Below are positions 56,248 to 64,000 of a stretch of DNA of 64,000 nucleotides, in pieces (the first letter of the stretch is position 1; each line of letters starts with the position of its first letter). The position numbers were made by a program, and so were the translations under genes. This DNA comes from Patescibacteria group bacterium. GTDB lineage: Bacteria > Patescibacteriota > Minisyncoccia > Phycocordibacterales > JACOZG01. The DNA lies in NCBI GenBank assembly GCA_034658935.1, contig JAYEGE010000008.1, positions 68,678 to 132,677 of the forward strand. The letters are read 5' to 3'. Under the pieces are notes generated by a model, which was not told where the DNA came from, did not search any database, and worked only from the letters and a program-made list of their open reading frames with translations.

Positions 56248-57361
56248 GAGCCACGCGAAGTACTTCTTCTGGTGTAGTTAGGCCTTCAATAATCTTGCGC
56301 CGCCCGTCTTCGGTAATGGTTGCCATTCCCTGGCTGGCGGCCAATTTCTTTAATTCACTTGCTGGCACCTTGGCCAAGATGGCTTCTCGGATCTCGTCAT
56401 TGACCACCAACACTTCATTAATACTGATCCTCCCGCGGTAGCCACTTTGCTTACATTCCTCACAGCCCCGCCCTTTGGAAATAGTCGATGCCCACTCGCC
56501 GGACCCCAATTGTGTTTGCTCTCGGCAGTTTTGGCAGACTCGTCGCACCAGACGTTGGCTGAGTACTAGGCTGACGGTGGAGGCGACGAGGAAGGGCTCG
56601 ATCTTCATATCAAGTAGGCGGGGTAGGGTAGTGGCAGCGTCAGAGGTGTGCAGAGTGGAGAGGAGGAGGTGGCCGGTTAGGGCGGTGTTGATGGCGATGC
56701 CGGCTGTTTCTAGGTCTCGAATCTCGCCGACCATGATAATGTCTGGGTCCTGGCGTAGGATAGAGCGCAAACCGCTTGAGAAATTCAAACTAGTTCGCTC
56801 GTTAACCTGGATTTGCTCAATGCCGGGGATGGCGTACTCAATGGGGTCCTCGATAGTGACGATGCTTACCTCTGGGGTGTTCAATATTTTAAGTAAGGTA
56901 TAGAGAGTAGTGGTCTTGCCAGAGCCGGTAGGGCCAGTGGCCAAGATCATTCCTCCTCGAGCTGTGGATTGGATGATCTTATCGCGATTCTCAGCATTGA
57001 AGCCAAGGGCCTCCAGGGTGAAGTTCTCGGCCTGGTCGGCGAGGAGGCGGAGGACGGCGTTCTCACCATAATAAGTGGGGACAATGGAGACTCGGATATC
57101 TATTGTTTTTGTTCGGCTCAAAGATAGGCGGAAGCGACCGTCTTGAGCCGCTTGGTGTTCGTCGGTCCGCAGGGAGGCGAGGATCTTAATGCGACTGATT
57201 ATTTCGTCCCCAATATTTGGAGGCAGGTCTTGGGTGTCGCGGAGTGCGCCATCGATGCGGAGACGCACTCTCAGACCCTGCTCGGTTGGGTCGATGTGGA
57301 TGTCTGAAGCCTTGAGGTCGCAGGCCTCAGCAATTAAGGCGTTAAGTAGCTTGACCACCAT
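56240..57361 (-). CDS. type IV pilus assembly ATPase, GspE/PilB family (short, lacks N1 domain)
   Basis: Walker A GPTGSGKTT, Asp/His boxes and a tetracysteine motif (CQNC...CEEC) typical of GspE/PilB rather than PilT. Confidence 0.8.
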   Translation of the reverse strand: MVVKLLNALIAEACDLKASDIHIDPTEQGLRVRLRIDGALRDTQDLPPNIGDEIISRIKILASLRTDEHQAAQDGRFRLSLSRTKTIDIRVSIVPTYYGENAVLRLLADQAENFTLEALGFNAENRDKIIQSTARGGMILATGPTGSGKTTTLYTLLKILNTPEVSIVTIEDPIEYAIPGIEQIQVNERTSLNFSSGLRSILRQDPDIIMVGEIRDLETAGIAINTALTGHLLLSTLHTSDAATTLPRLLDMKIEPFLVASTVSLVLSQRLVRRVCQNCREQTQLGSGEWASTISKGRGCEECKQSGYRGRISINEVLVVNDEIREAILAKVPASELKKLAASQGMATITEDGRRKIIEGLTTPEEVLRVAHD

Positions 57362-57637
57362 AGGGAAATTCTAAGTTCCCCTCAATTGTTTTCAATAGTT
57401 AACAATGCTCATTACGTTTAGTTTCTTAGATGTCAAAATGTGTTACCGAAATGCAACAGGGGATACTGTCTTAATCCAATGGCTCTCGATTATCTGATGG
57501 CCACTAAGAACTTGAAAATCGGGCCGAGATAAGAACGAAAACTCTCTTGTCGGCCCTATTTGACAGGTCTTGGTGGGGGAGCTGGGAGATGCTAAAATGA
57601 GTTTGCAAGCTTAAACTAATAATAATCAATCGCCATT

Positions 57638-58741
57638 ATGTCAACTTCAAGAAAATTGATCTGGATTGTTGTTCTTGTCGCCATCTTGCTCATCCTCTGG
57701 TGGCTCGGCGGTGGCAACACTCAAACACCACCCGCCGCCGACATCCAAGAGCCGATAAAGGTAGGAGTTCTCGTGCCGCTCAGTGGGCCAGCTGCGTATT
57801 ATGGTGATCAAGCAAGAATAGGTGTCGAGTTGGCTGTTGGTCGTCTGGATTCGCTATACCCCGACCTTGATTTTTCCATTGTCTATGAAGATAGTCTTTA
57901 CAATCCTAAAACAGCTGTTGAAGTCTACGCTAAATTAAGGGAGATCGACGGGGTTGATGCTGTTGTCACTATGGCCAGTCATGTGTCGTTAGCTGTCCAA
58001 CCTCTGGCCGAGGGAGACGGGATTTTACAGATGGCCATTGCCTCAACTGCCGGGGCGTATAGTACACCCGGCGACTTATCTTTCAGGACTATCCCCGTGA
58101 TCAAGAGGCAAACGGATCTCCTTGTTGATTACGTGTTGAGCCAAGAATATTCAGAGATCGGGATACTAAATGTTAATAACGATTTTGGTATCGGGGGCAG
58201 GGATGCTTTCAGAAGTTCTCTGCAAGATCGGGGATTGATCGAGCAAGTCGTGATTGAGGAGAATTTCCTCACTAATGCCACAGATTTCAGAACACAATTG
58301 ACTAAGATCAAAGCCGCTGACCCCGATACTTTATTTGTTATCGGGACTGCTACTGATTATTCTAGTCTATTGCGGCAGGCATCAGAGCTCGGTCTTGAGA
58401 CTCAGTTTGTCTCTGTTAGTTCTACTGAGGACCCGGGTTTGATTGCTAATGCTGGGGAGTACGCTGAGGGGGTAATTTATACCTACTATCCAATTGATCA
58501 AGGCGTTAAAAATCAATTACCAGATGGTTATGCGGCGGAGGGATACGAGGCGGTTAACCTGGTCGCCTCGTCTTTTCAGAAATGTGGTAAGGATTACCAA
58601 TGCATACAGAACTACCTGACGAATCTGGATGGTTACGATTCGATCTTTGGCGATTTAAGTTTCGATAATAGCGGGGATGTTGATTATCCCTTTATCATGA
58701 AAACTGTTCGCGATGGTCAGTTTGTCAGACTAGAAGAATAA
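57638..58741 (+). CDS. LivK-family substrate-binding protein (paralogue 4)
   Basis: VGVLVPLSGPAAYYGD and an N-terminal TM anchor. Confidence 0.75.
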   Translation: MSTSRKLIWIVVLVAILLILWWLGGGNTQTPPAADIQEPIKVGVLVPLSGPAAYYGDQARIGVELAVGRLDSLYPDLDFSIVYEDSLYNPKTAVEVYAKLREIDGVDAVVTMASHVSLAVQPLAEGDGILQMAIASTAGAYSTPGDLSFRTIPVIKRQTDLLVDYVLSQEYSEIGILNVNNDFGIGGRDAFRSSLQDRGLIEQVVIEENFLTNATDFRTQLTKIKAADPDTLFVIGTATDYSSLLRQASELGLETQFVSVSSTEDPGLIANAGEYAEGVIYTYYPIDQGVKNQLPDGYAAEGYEAVNLVASSFQKCGKDYQCIQNYLTNLDGYDSIFGDLSFDNSGDVDYPFIMKTVRDGQFVRLEE

Positions 58742-58750
58742 ATAACAAAT

Positions 58751-59857
58751 ATGAGAAAAATCATCTGGATCATCATAATAATCATCGCCGCGCTTTTCCT
58801 CGGATGGGCGTGGGGCGGTGACGACCAAGCGCCGGCTAGTGGTGAACCGATTAGGATTGGAGTATTAGTTCCGCTTTCGGGAGATGCGGCAGCTTGGGGC
58901 GAGAATGCTAAACAAGGTATCGACTTGGCCCTTTTGGCGCTACGGGAAAAATGTTTGGCCGAGAAATGTGAGTCGACTCCGGTCGAACTAATTTATGAAG
59001 ACACTCGCGGCGAAGCCAGGCAGACAGTTTCTGCCTACCAGAAATTAACCAATATCGATAAGGTTAATGGAATTATTGGGCCGATATCACAAACGGCAAT
59101 GGCTTCCCTCATTCCTCTTATTGAGCAAAATCCGATTCCTGTTATTGCCCCTAGTTATGTTTCGCCAGAGGCTCGGCGCAATCCTCGTAATCCTCTTTTG
59201 ATCTGGACTGACGTGCAAGTTGAGGCGGAACGAATGGCCGAATACGTCTTCGGTCAGGGTGCTCGTAGTGTTGCTATTCTCGGTAGCCTAGATGCTTGGG
59301 AAAGTGAGGTTTCTCAAGCTTTTGAACAGAAATTTAAAGACCTGGGTGGTGAGACGAGTATCGAGCTAGTTCAACCCAATACTTTGGAGGTCAAGACAAC
59401 AGTCACTAAATTACTTGCCAACAAACCAGATGCGGTATTCCTTGGCACTTATTATCAATTTATCAATGCTACCAAAACTTTAGCCGAGTTTAATTTCGAG
59501 GGCAGTGTCTACGGTATTGAGGTGGATCAATACCTGGCCACAGAGACAAGGCCACGCAGCAACGGCCTCCAATTCATAGCTCCTGATTTCTACAATCCTA
59601 ATTTTGTCGACCAATTTGAAGAAATGTATGGACGTAAGCCAGGCATCCCGTCTGGCCAAGCTTACGATGCCGCCTCTATCTTTTTTGGTTTGTGGCGGTC
59701 TGCCGGCAACAAGGACGATGTTGTAAGGGCGATGGAGGACTTCGAAACTCATAATGGAGTTTCTGGGGAGATCACAATAACACCAGAACACATAACTTTA
59801 ATGCCGACTGCTATCTTTGAAGTTGAAGATGGCGAGATTATTAGACTGGAAGAATAA
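58751..59857 (+). CDS. LivK-family substrate-binding protein (paralogue 5)
   Basis: IGVLVPLSGDAAAWGE. Confidence 0.75.
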   Translation: MRKIIWIIIIIIAALFLGWAWGGDDQAPASGEPIRIGVLVPLSGDAAAWGENAKQGIDLALLALREKCLAEKCESTPVELIYEDTRGEARQTVSAYQKLTNIDKVNGIIGPISQTAMASLIPLIEQNPIPVIAPSYVSPEARRNPRNPLLIWTDVQVEAERMAEYVFGQGARSVAILGSLDAWESEVSQAFEQKFKDLGGETSIELVQPNTLEVKTTVTKLLANKPDAVFLGTYYQFINATKTLAEFNFEGSVYGIEVDQYLATETRPRSNGLQFIAPDFYNPNFVDQFEEMYGRKPGIPSGQAYDAASIFFGLWRSAGNKDDVVRAMEDFETHNGVSGEITITPEHITLMPTAIFEVEDGEIIRLEE

Positions 59858-59866
59858 ACAATAAAT

Positions 59867-60871
59867 ATGAAAAAATTAATCTGGATTATTGTCATAATCG
59901 TAGTTGTCGGTCTGATCTGGTGGGCGGGGAGTGGTAATGAGCGGGAGTCGGCCATTGGCGAGCCGATTAGGATTGGTGTTATTGCTCCGTTGACCGGCAT
60001 TATCGCTGATTATGGAGAAGAAATGCAGCGGGGAGTGGAGGCGGCCCAGGTTGAAGGCGTTGAGTTTGTCTACGAAGATAGTCAATGTGATGCCAAGACG
60101 ACTGTCTCGGCTTATCGCAAATTGACTGAAATAGACGAGATCAAATTTATTATCGGTCCCGGCTGTGGTGCGCCGCAGGAAGTCATCACCCCTCTTCTGG
60201 AAGAGGATCAAACCATTGTGGTAGTACCTTCGGCGGCCACTCAAGAACTCTACGCGCGGAGCGGTGGTAATTTCTATAATCTCCAGTATGCCCTTGAGGA
60301 TGAGTCTAAGTTCATTGCCGACGAGATGTACGATGCGGGTTACGAGAAGGTAGTCCTCATTGGTTACCAGAATAATTTTTCTAAAATCCATGAAGATACC
60401 TTCATTGCTAATTATCAGGGGGAGATTGTCGAGCATGTCTCCTTCCCCTTTGATGCCTCTGATACCTTGGGCGAATTAACTAAAATCAAACATAAGGAGT
60501 TCGACGCGATTTTTTCTACTGACATTACCTTTCTCTTCGGCAATGGCATGAAGCGCTTGGGCCAATTGGGTATCGAGGTGCCTGTTTTCTCACAATACGC
60601 CACCGAGTTGCCGGCAGTACGTGGATTGGCTGAAGGCATCATTTACTCCTTCCCCGATGATGTTATTGAGGGCGAGGGGGCTGTTTACGGGCTCTCTAAG
60701 CAGGCCACTGAGTTATTGTCGTCTATCGTACTTGGGTGTACCGGGGATTATGCCTGCGTTAAGGAGGGCTTAGATCAGTCGGGGCATTTTGATGAGAACG
60801 GCGTCAGTGTGCGCCCCTTGCTTCTGAAAACTATTAAAGATGGCCAAGCTGTTCCTTACGTCGTAGAATAG
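59867..60871 (+). CDS. LivK-family substrate-binding protein (paralogue 6)
   Basis: IGVIAPLTGIIADYGE. Confidence 0.75.
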   Translation: MKKLIWIIVIIVVVGLIWWAGSGNERESAIGEPIRIGVIAPLTGIIADYGEEMQRGVEAAQVEGVEFVYEDSQCDAKTTVSAYRKLTEIDEIKFIIGPGCGAPQEVITPLLEEDQTIVVVPSAATQELYARSGGNFYNLQYALEDESKFIADEMYDAGYEKVVLIGYQNNFSKIHEDTFIANYQGEIVEHVSFPFDASDTLGELTKIKHKEFDAIFSTDITFLFGNGMKRLGQLGIEVPVFSQYATELPAVRGLAEGIIYSFPDDVIEGEGAVYGLSKQATELLSSIVLGCTGDYACVKEGLDQSGHFDENGVSVRPLLLKTIKDGQAVPYVVE

Positions 60872-60880
60872 ATAGTAATT

Positions 60881-61612
60881 ATGACCGACACCCTGCTCCA
60901 ACTTAAAGATGTCCACGTTCAATACGGCGGCGTTAAGGCCCTCGATGATGTGTCAGTGGAGATTGATGAGGGAGAGGTGGTGGCCTTGATGGGGCCCAAT
61001 GGGGCAGGGAAGTCGACGGTGCTTAAGGCGATCTTTGGCCTGGCGCCAATTGCCAAGGGTAAAGTGCTCTGGCATGAGCATCCGGTGGCTCCGCGACCAG
61101 ACGAGATGGTGGCTCGAGGACTCTCCTTCGTTCCTCAAGGTCGGCGGGTGTTCCGCCGCCTAACGGTGCAGGAGAACTTGGAGATTGGTGGTTATGTTAT
61201 TAAAGATAAGAAATTGGTCCAGGAGAGGATAAAGGAAGTCTCAGAAATCTTCCCTGACCTCAAAACTAAACTTAAGGCCAAATCGGGGACCCTCTCTGGC
61301 GGCCAACAACAAATGCTCGCCATCGCCCGCGGCCTCATTACTGAGCCTAAGGTACTCTTACTCGACGAACCTTCGCTCGGCCTCTCGCCTAAATTAGTTA
61401 AGGAAGTCTTTGCTAAAATTAAAGAAATAAACGAGCGCCATAAGACGGCGATTATGGTAGTAGAACATAATTTGAAGTCCCTTCTCCAAATTGTCCACCG
61501 AGCCTATGTTCTCGACAAGGGGCGCCTGGTCGGCGATGGTCCCGCCGCCCAATTTGCTGAAAAAGATTTCCTCAAGAAAGTCTTTCTCGGCCAAGTTGAA
61601 GCAGCAGCCTAG
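60881..61612 (+). CDS. livF: ABC transporter ATP-binding protein (LivF type)
   Basis: Walker A GPNGAGKST, signature LSGGQQQ, Walker B LLLDEP. Confidence 0.85.
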   Translation: MTDTLLQLKDVHVQYGGVKALDDVSVEIDEGEVVALMGPNGAGKSTVLKAIFGLAPIAKGKVLWHEHPVAPRPDEMVARGLSFVPQGRRVFRRLTVQENLEIGGYVIKDKKLVQERIKEVSEIFPDLKTKLKAKSGTLSGGQQQMLAIARGLITEPKVLLLDEPSLGLSPKLVKEVFAKIKEINERHKTAIMVVEHNLKSLLQIVHRAYVLDKGRLVGDGPAAQFAEKDFLKKVFLGQVEAAA

Positions 61613-61617
61613 CTGTG

Positions 61618-61650
61618 CAACACTAAGTGTTGCACAGCTAGTGTCTTGAA
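61618..61650 (+). terminator. hairpin terminator after livF
   Basis: AGCTGTGCAACACTAAGTGTTGCACAGCT is a perfect palindrome. Confidence 0.5.
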
Positions 61651-61685
61651 GGGGGGGGTGCTCTTATTTTGTTAATCTAGAACTC

Positions 61686-61925
61686 ATGTTTAAAAATATG
61701 ATAATGAAAAGGATGCTCAAGTCCCAAGGGGCGACGGATGAGCAGGCGGGAGTGATTTTGGAATTGGTGGAGAAGAACCCTGAACTCTTCCAAAAGATTG
61801 CTTCTGAGGTAGAGGCGCGAGTTAAGAATGGGGAAGACAAGCAACAAGCCTCCATGGCGGTAATGGCCGCTCACCAAGAAGAACTCAAGCAAGTAATAGG
61901 GGACCCAAGTAAGTTGCAGCTCTAA
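61686..61925 (+). CDS. hypothetical small helical protein
   Basis: 79 aa with no recognised family. Confidence 0.35.
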   Translation: MFKNMIMKRMLKSQGATDEQAGVILELVEKNPELFQKIASEVEARVKNGEDKQQASMAVMAAHQEELKQVIGDPSKLQL

Positions 61926-62263
61926 CGAGAAGTCTTAAAGAATCTACAGTCGTAGGTTCTTTAAGACTCGAAGATAGAAAGAGACCCCAGTGTCAGTTGA
62001 CACCGGGGTCGTGGTTTAGCGCGGGTGGGGTTTTTATCCCCCCAACGCCACCCTGATCTTCTCGCTCAGGGTTGCCGTCTCGAAGGGGATTGTACTGTTC
62101 TTTTAAATCAAGGTCCACCTTGATCCCACCACATCTTAACTGCGCCAATTATAGCATGGCCAACTCCCTTGTCAAGTTCTCACTATCCTCACGGTCGTAG
62201 AGATAGTGAGAATTTATCCCGGGCTTGAATTTTGGCGGCGGAAAGGGGATAGTTAGCAGAATG

Positions 62264-63262
62264 AGTTTAAGTATTGGAATTGTGGGGTTGCCAAACGTCG
62301 GGAAGTCGACGCTTTTTAATGCGCTCACCAAGAAGGAGGTGCCGGCAGAGAATTATCCTTTCTGCACTATTGATCCATCGGTGGGCATTGTCACTGTGCC
62401 TGACAAACGGCTGGACATATTAACCAAGCTTTCTAAGTCGGCCAAGACTATCCCCGCCGTGGTTGAGTTTGTCGACATTGCTGGGCTGGTTAGGGGTGCG
62501 GCTGATGGAGAAGGGTTGGGCAATAAATTTCTTTCCCATATTCGCGAGGTAGACGCCATTGCCCAAGTGGTCCGCGCCTTTTCTGATAGCAAGGTCACTC
62601 ACGTGGCTGACAAAATTGACCCGCTTAGTGACGCTGAGGTCATTAATCTCGAGCTGGTTATGGCTGATGCTCAGACAATAGCGAAGCGCCAAGGGAGCAT
62701 CGCTCGAGAGGTGAAGCGAGGCGATAAGGAGGAAGTAGCGGAGAATAAACTTCTGATCAAGCTGGGAGAAGCGCTCGAGGCGGGCCAATTAGTTTCTGGT
62801 TTGGAGTTGGATGAGGTCGAACAAGTCCAACTTAAGTCCCTTCACCTACTCACCGCCAAGCCAATCTTATATGTCGTCAACACTTCTGAGGCGACAGAGA
62901 ATTTACTTGAGGGTCTCAAAGAACAATTGCCTGGTCCCTCGCTCGAGATTGACCCGATCTTTGGAGAGGGGCTTGATAAGCTAACTCAGGCTAGTTATGA
63001 GCTGCTCGACCTGATCACTTTTTTTACCACTGGAGAAGATGAGACCCGGGCCTGGACCATTAAGCGGGGGAGCACAGCACCAATTGCTGGCACTGCCATT
63101 CATACCGATTTTAAAGATAAATTTATTAAGGCCGAAGTGATTACTTATGAAAAATTAGTTGATGCCGAAGGCTACGCAATGGCCCGTGAAAAAGGATGGG
63201 TCCGAACCGAGGGCAAAGAATACATTGTTCAAGACGGCGATGTCATTGAGTTCAAAATCTAG
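62264..63262 (+). CDS. ychF: redox-regulated ribosome-binding ATPase YchF (Obg-family GTPase)
   Basis: G1 motif GIVGLPNVGKSTLFNAL and a C-terminal TGS domain. The start is taken at the internal ATG. Confidence 0.9.
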   Translation, partial: SLSIGIVGLPNVGKSTLFNALTKKEVPAENYPFCTIDPSVGIVTVPDKRLDILTKLSKSAKTIPAVVEFVDIAGLVRGAADGEGLGNKFLSHIREVDAIAQVVRAFSDSKVTHVADKIDPLSDAEVINLELVMADAQTIAKRQGSIAREVKRGDKEEVAENKLLIKLGEALEAGQLVSGLELDEVEQVQLKSLHLLTAKPILYVVNTSEATENLLEGLKEQLPGPSLEIDPIFGEGLDKLTQASYELLDLITFFTTGEDETRAWTIKRGSTAPIAGTAIHTDFKDKFIKAEVITYEKLVDAEGYAMAREKGWVRTEGKEYIVQDGDVIEFKI

Positions 63263-63271
63263 AGGACATCT

Positions 63272-63300
63272 AGATGTTAGACATTCAATGTCTAACATCT
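63272..63300. repeat. 29-nt perfect palindrome (AGATGTTAGACATT-C-AATGTCTAACATCT), REP-like element flanking RAYT
   Basis: It overlaps the RAYT stop codon. It is the exact reverse complement of the core of the palindrome at 63937-63965. Confidence 0.85.
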
Positions 63301-63924
63301 GTTGATATCTAACTCCTCTTCTATTTCCTCAGCCTTTTTCTTGGCTACAGAGCTGGCGAGAAAGCTTTTGTATTCGTCTTTATCATTAAATTGATCAGTG
63401 ACGATACTCGGAGTCAATAAACAGGGCCAGCGATTAGATTTTAAGTAATCGTTACGGCTATTCCATCCGCCGGTATGTTTATGAATATAGGCAGAGAGAT
63501 GAAGAAGTTGGTCATTATCTTCAATATGAACCGATTTGTATCGTCCTTGAAATAAATGGCCAGATTGCTGGTATTTATTATTGAAGTATTTGGTATGGGA
63601 ATTGAGCAATCTTTGCATGTAGCGAAATATCCCCTCATCGACATGGTTTTTTAGTAAGAGGTGGAAGTGGTTGGGCATAAGGGAGAAAGCCACCAAGGAG
63701 ACCTTCCTTTGCTGGACAATTTCTTTAATCGTTTCTTGGGAAGTGTTAAACATTGAATGTCTAACAAAATAGGAGACAGGGCGGGTTAGATTGGTGAGGG
63801 TTAGGTCTGATTGAAAGTGTAAGATCGAGAACAAAAATCTCACCCAATCTTGTTGATCCCGAAAAATCTGGTTTTTCAAAACCCCGCGGTTATATACATG
63901 GTAGTATTCGTCAGGAATTTTCAT
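63292..63924 (-). mobile_element. REP-associated tyrosine transposase (RAYT), IS200/IS605 Y1 HUH family
   Basis: N-terminal YHVYNRG, HUH motif MPNHFHLLL and catalytic Tyr in GRYKS. Inverted palindromic repeats flank it. Confidence 0.8.
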
Positions 63925-63936
63925 CTGTCTATTATC

Positions 63937-63965
63937 TAATGTTAGACATTGAATGTCTAACATTA
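63937..63965. repeat. 29-nt perfect palindrome (TAATGTTAGACATT-G-AATGTCTAACATTA), REP-like element
   Basis: It sits 12 nt upstream of the RAYT ATG. It is inverted relative to the downstream copy. Confidence 0.85.
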
Positions 63966-64000
63966 ATGAACAAGTATTGAGTGTTGGATACAAAAACACC

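Overview
This 64 kb window looks like a small-genome, Gram-positive-like bacterium, possibly a CPR/Patescibacteria member. That is an inference from the compact core proteins (RpoB about 1057 aa, IF-2 508 aa), membrane-anchored substrate-binding proteins, a type IV pilus module and GC around 48-50%.

Housekeeping content:
- Seven tRNA genes.
- rbfA-infB, a cysteine desulfurase, clpB, rpmG-tRNA-Trp, DsbA/VKOR, miaA, parB, topA, dprA, rnr, rpsP-KH and trmD.
- A class II ribonucleotide reductase (nrdJ).
- rpoB-rpoC-dnaG-rpoD in one contiguous run.
- A liv-type ABC transporter with six paralogous LivK-like binding proteins, split by a type IV pilus cluster.
- ychF.

The standout feature is a complete diversity-generating retroelement (DGR) at about 13.8-16.8 kb, between parB and topA. 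It has these parts:
- A sigma70-like promoter.
- A target gene with a C-terminal variable repeat (VR, 14620-14744).
- A GC hairpin downstream of the VR.
- A 125-nt template repeat (TR, 15213-15337). It differs from the VR at 13 positions, 11 of them at TR adenines.
- An Avd accessory gene on the minus strand.
- A divergently transcribed DGR-type reverse transcriptase whose frame is broken inside a (GA)n tract.

Second system: a REP-associated tyrosine transposase (IS200/Y1 HUH family) at the 3' end of the window, flanked by inverted 29-nt perfect palindromes. A cognate REP-like palindrome sits 43 kb away at 20145-20172.

Other notable items:
- Perfect palindromic in-frame inserts inside the cysteine desulfurase and miaA genes.
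- A catalytically dead S1C protease homologue.
- A GC-rich orphan gene between topA and dprA.
- Two small SD-driven ORFs with their own terminators.

No CRISPR array or rRNA genes were seen. All calls come from reading the sequence and ORF translations by eye. No database search was run.
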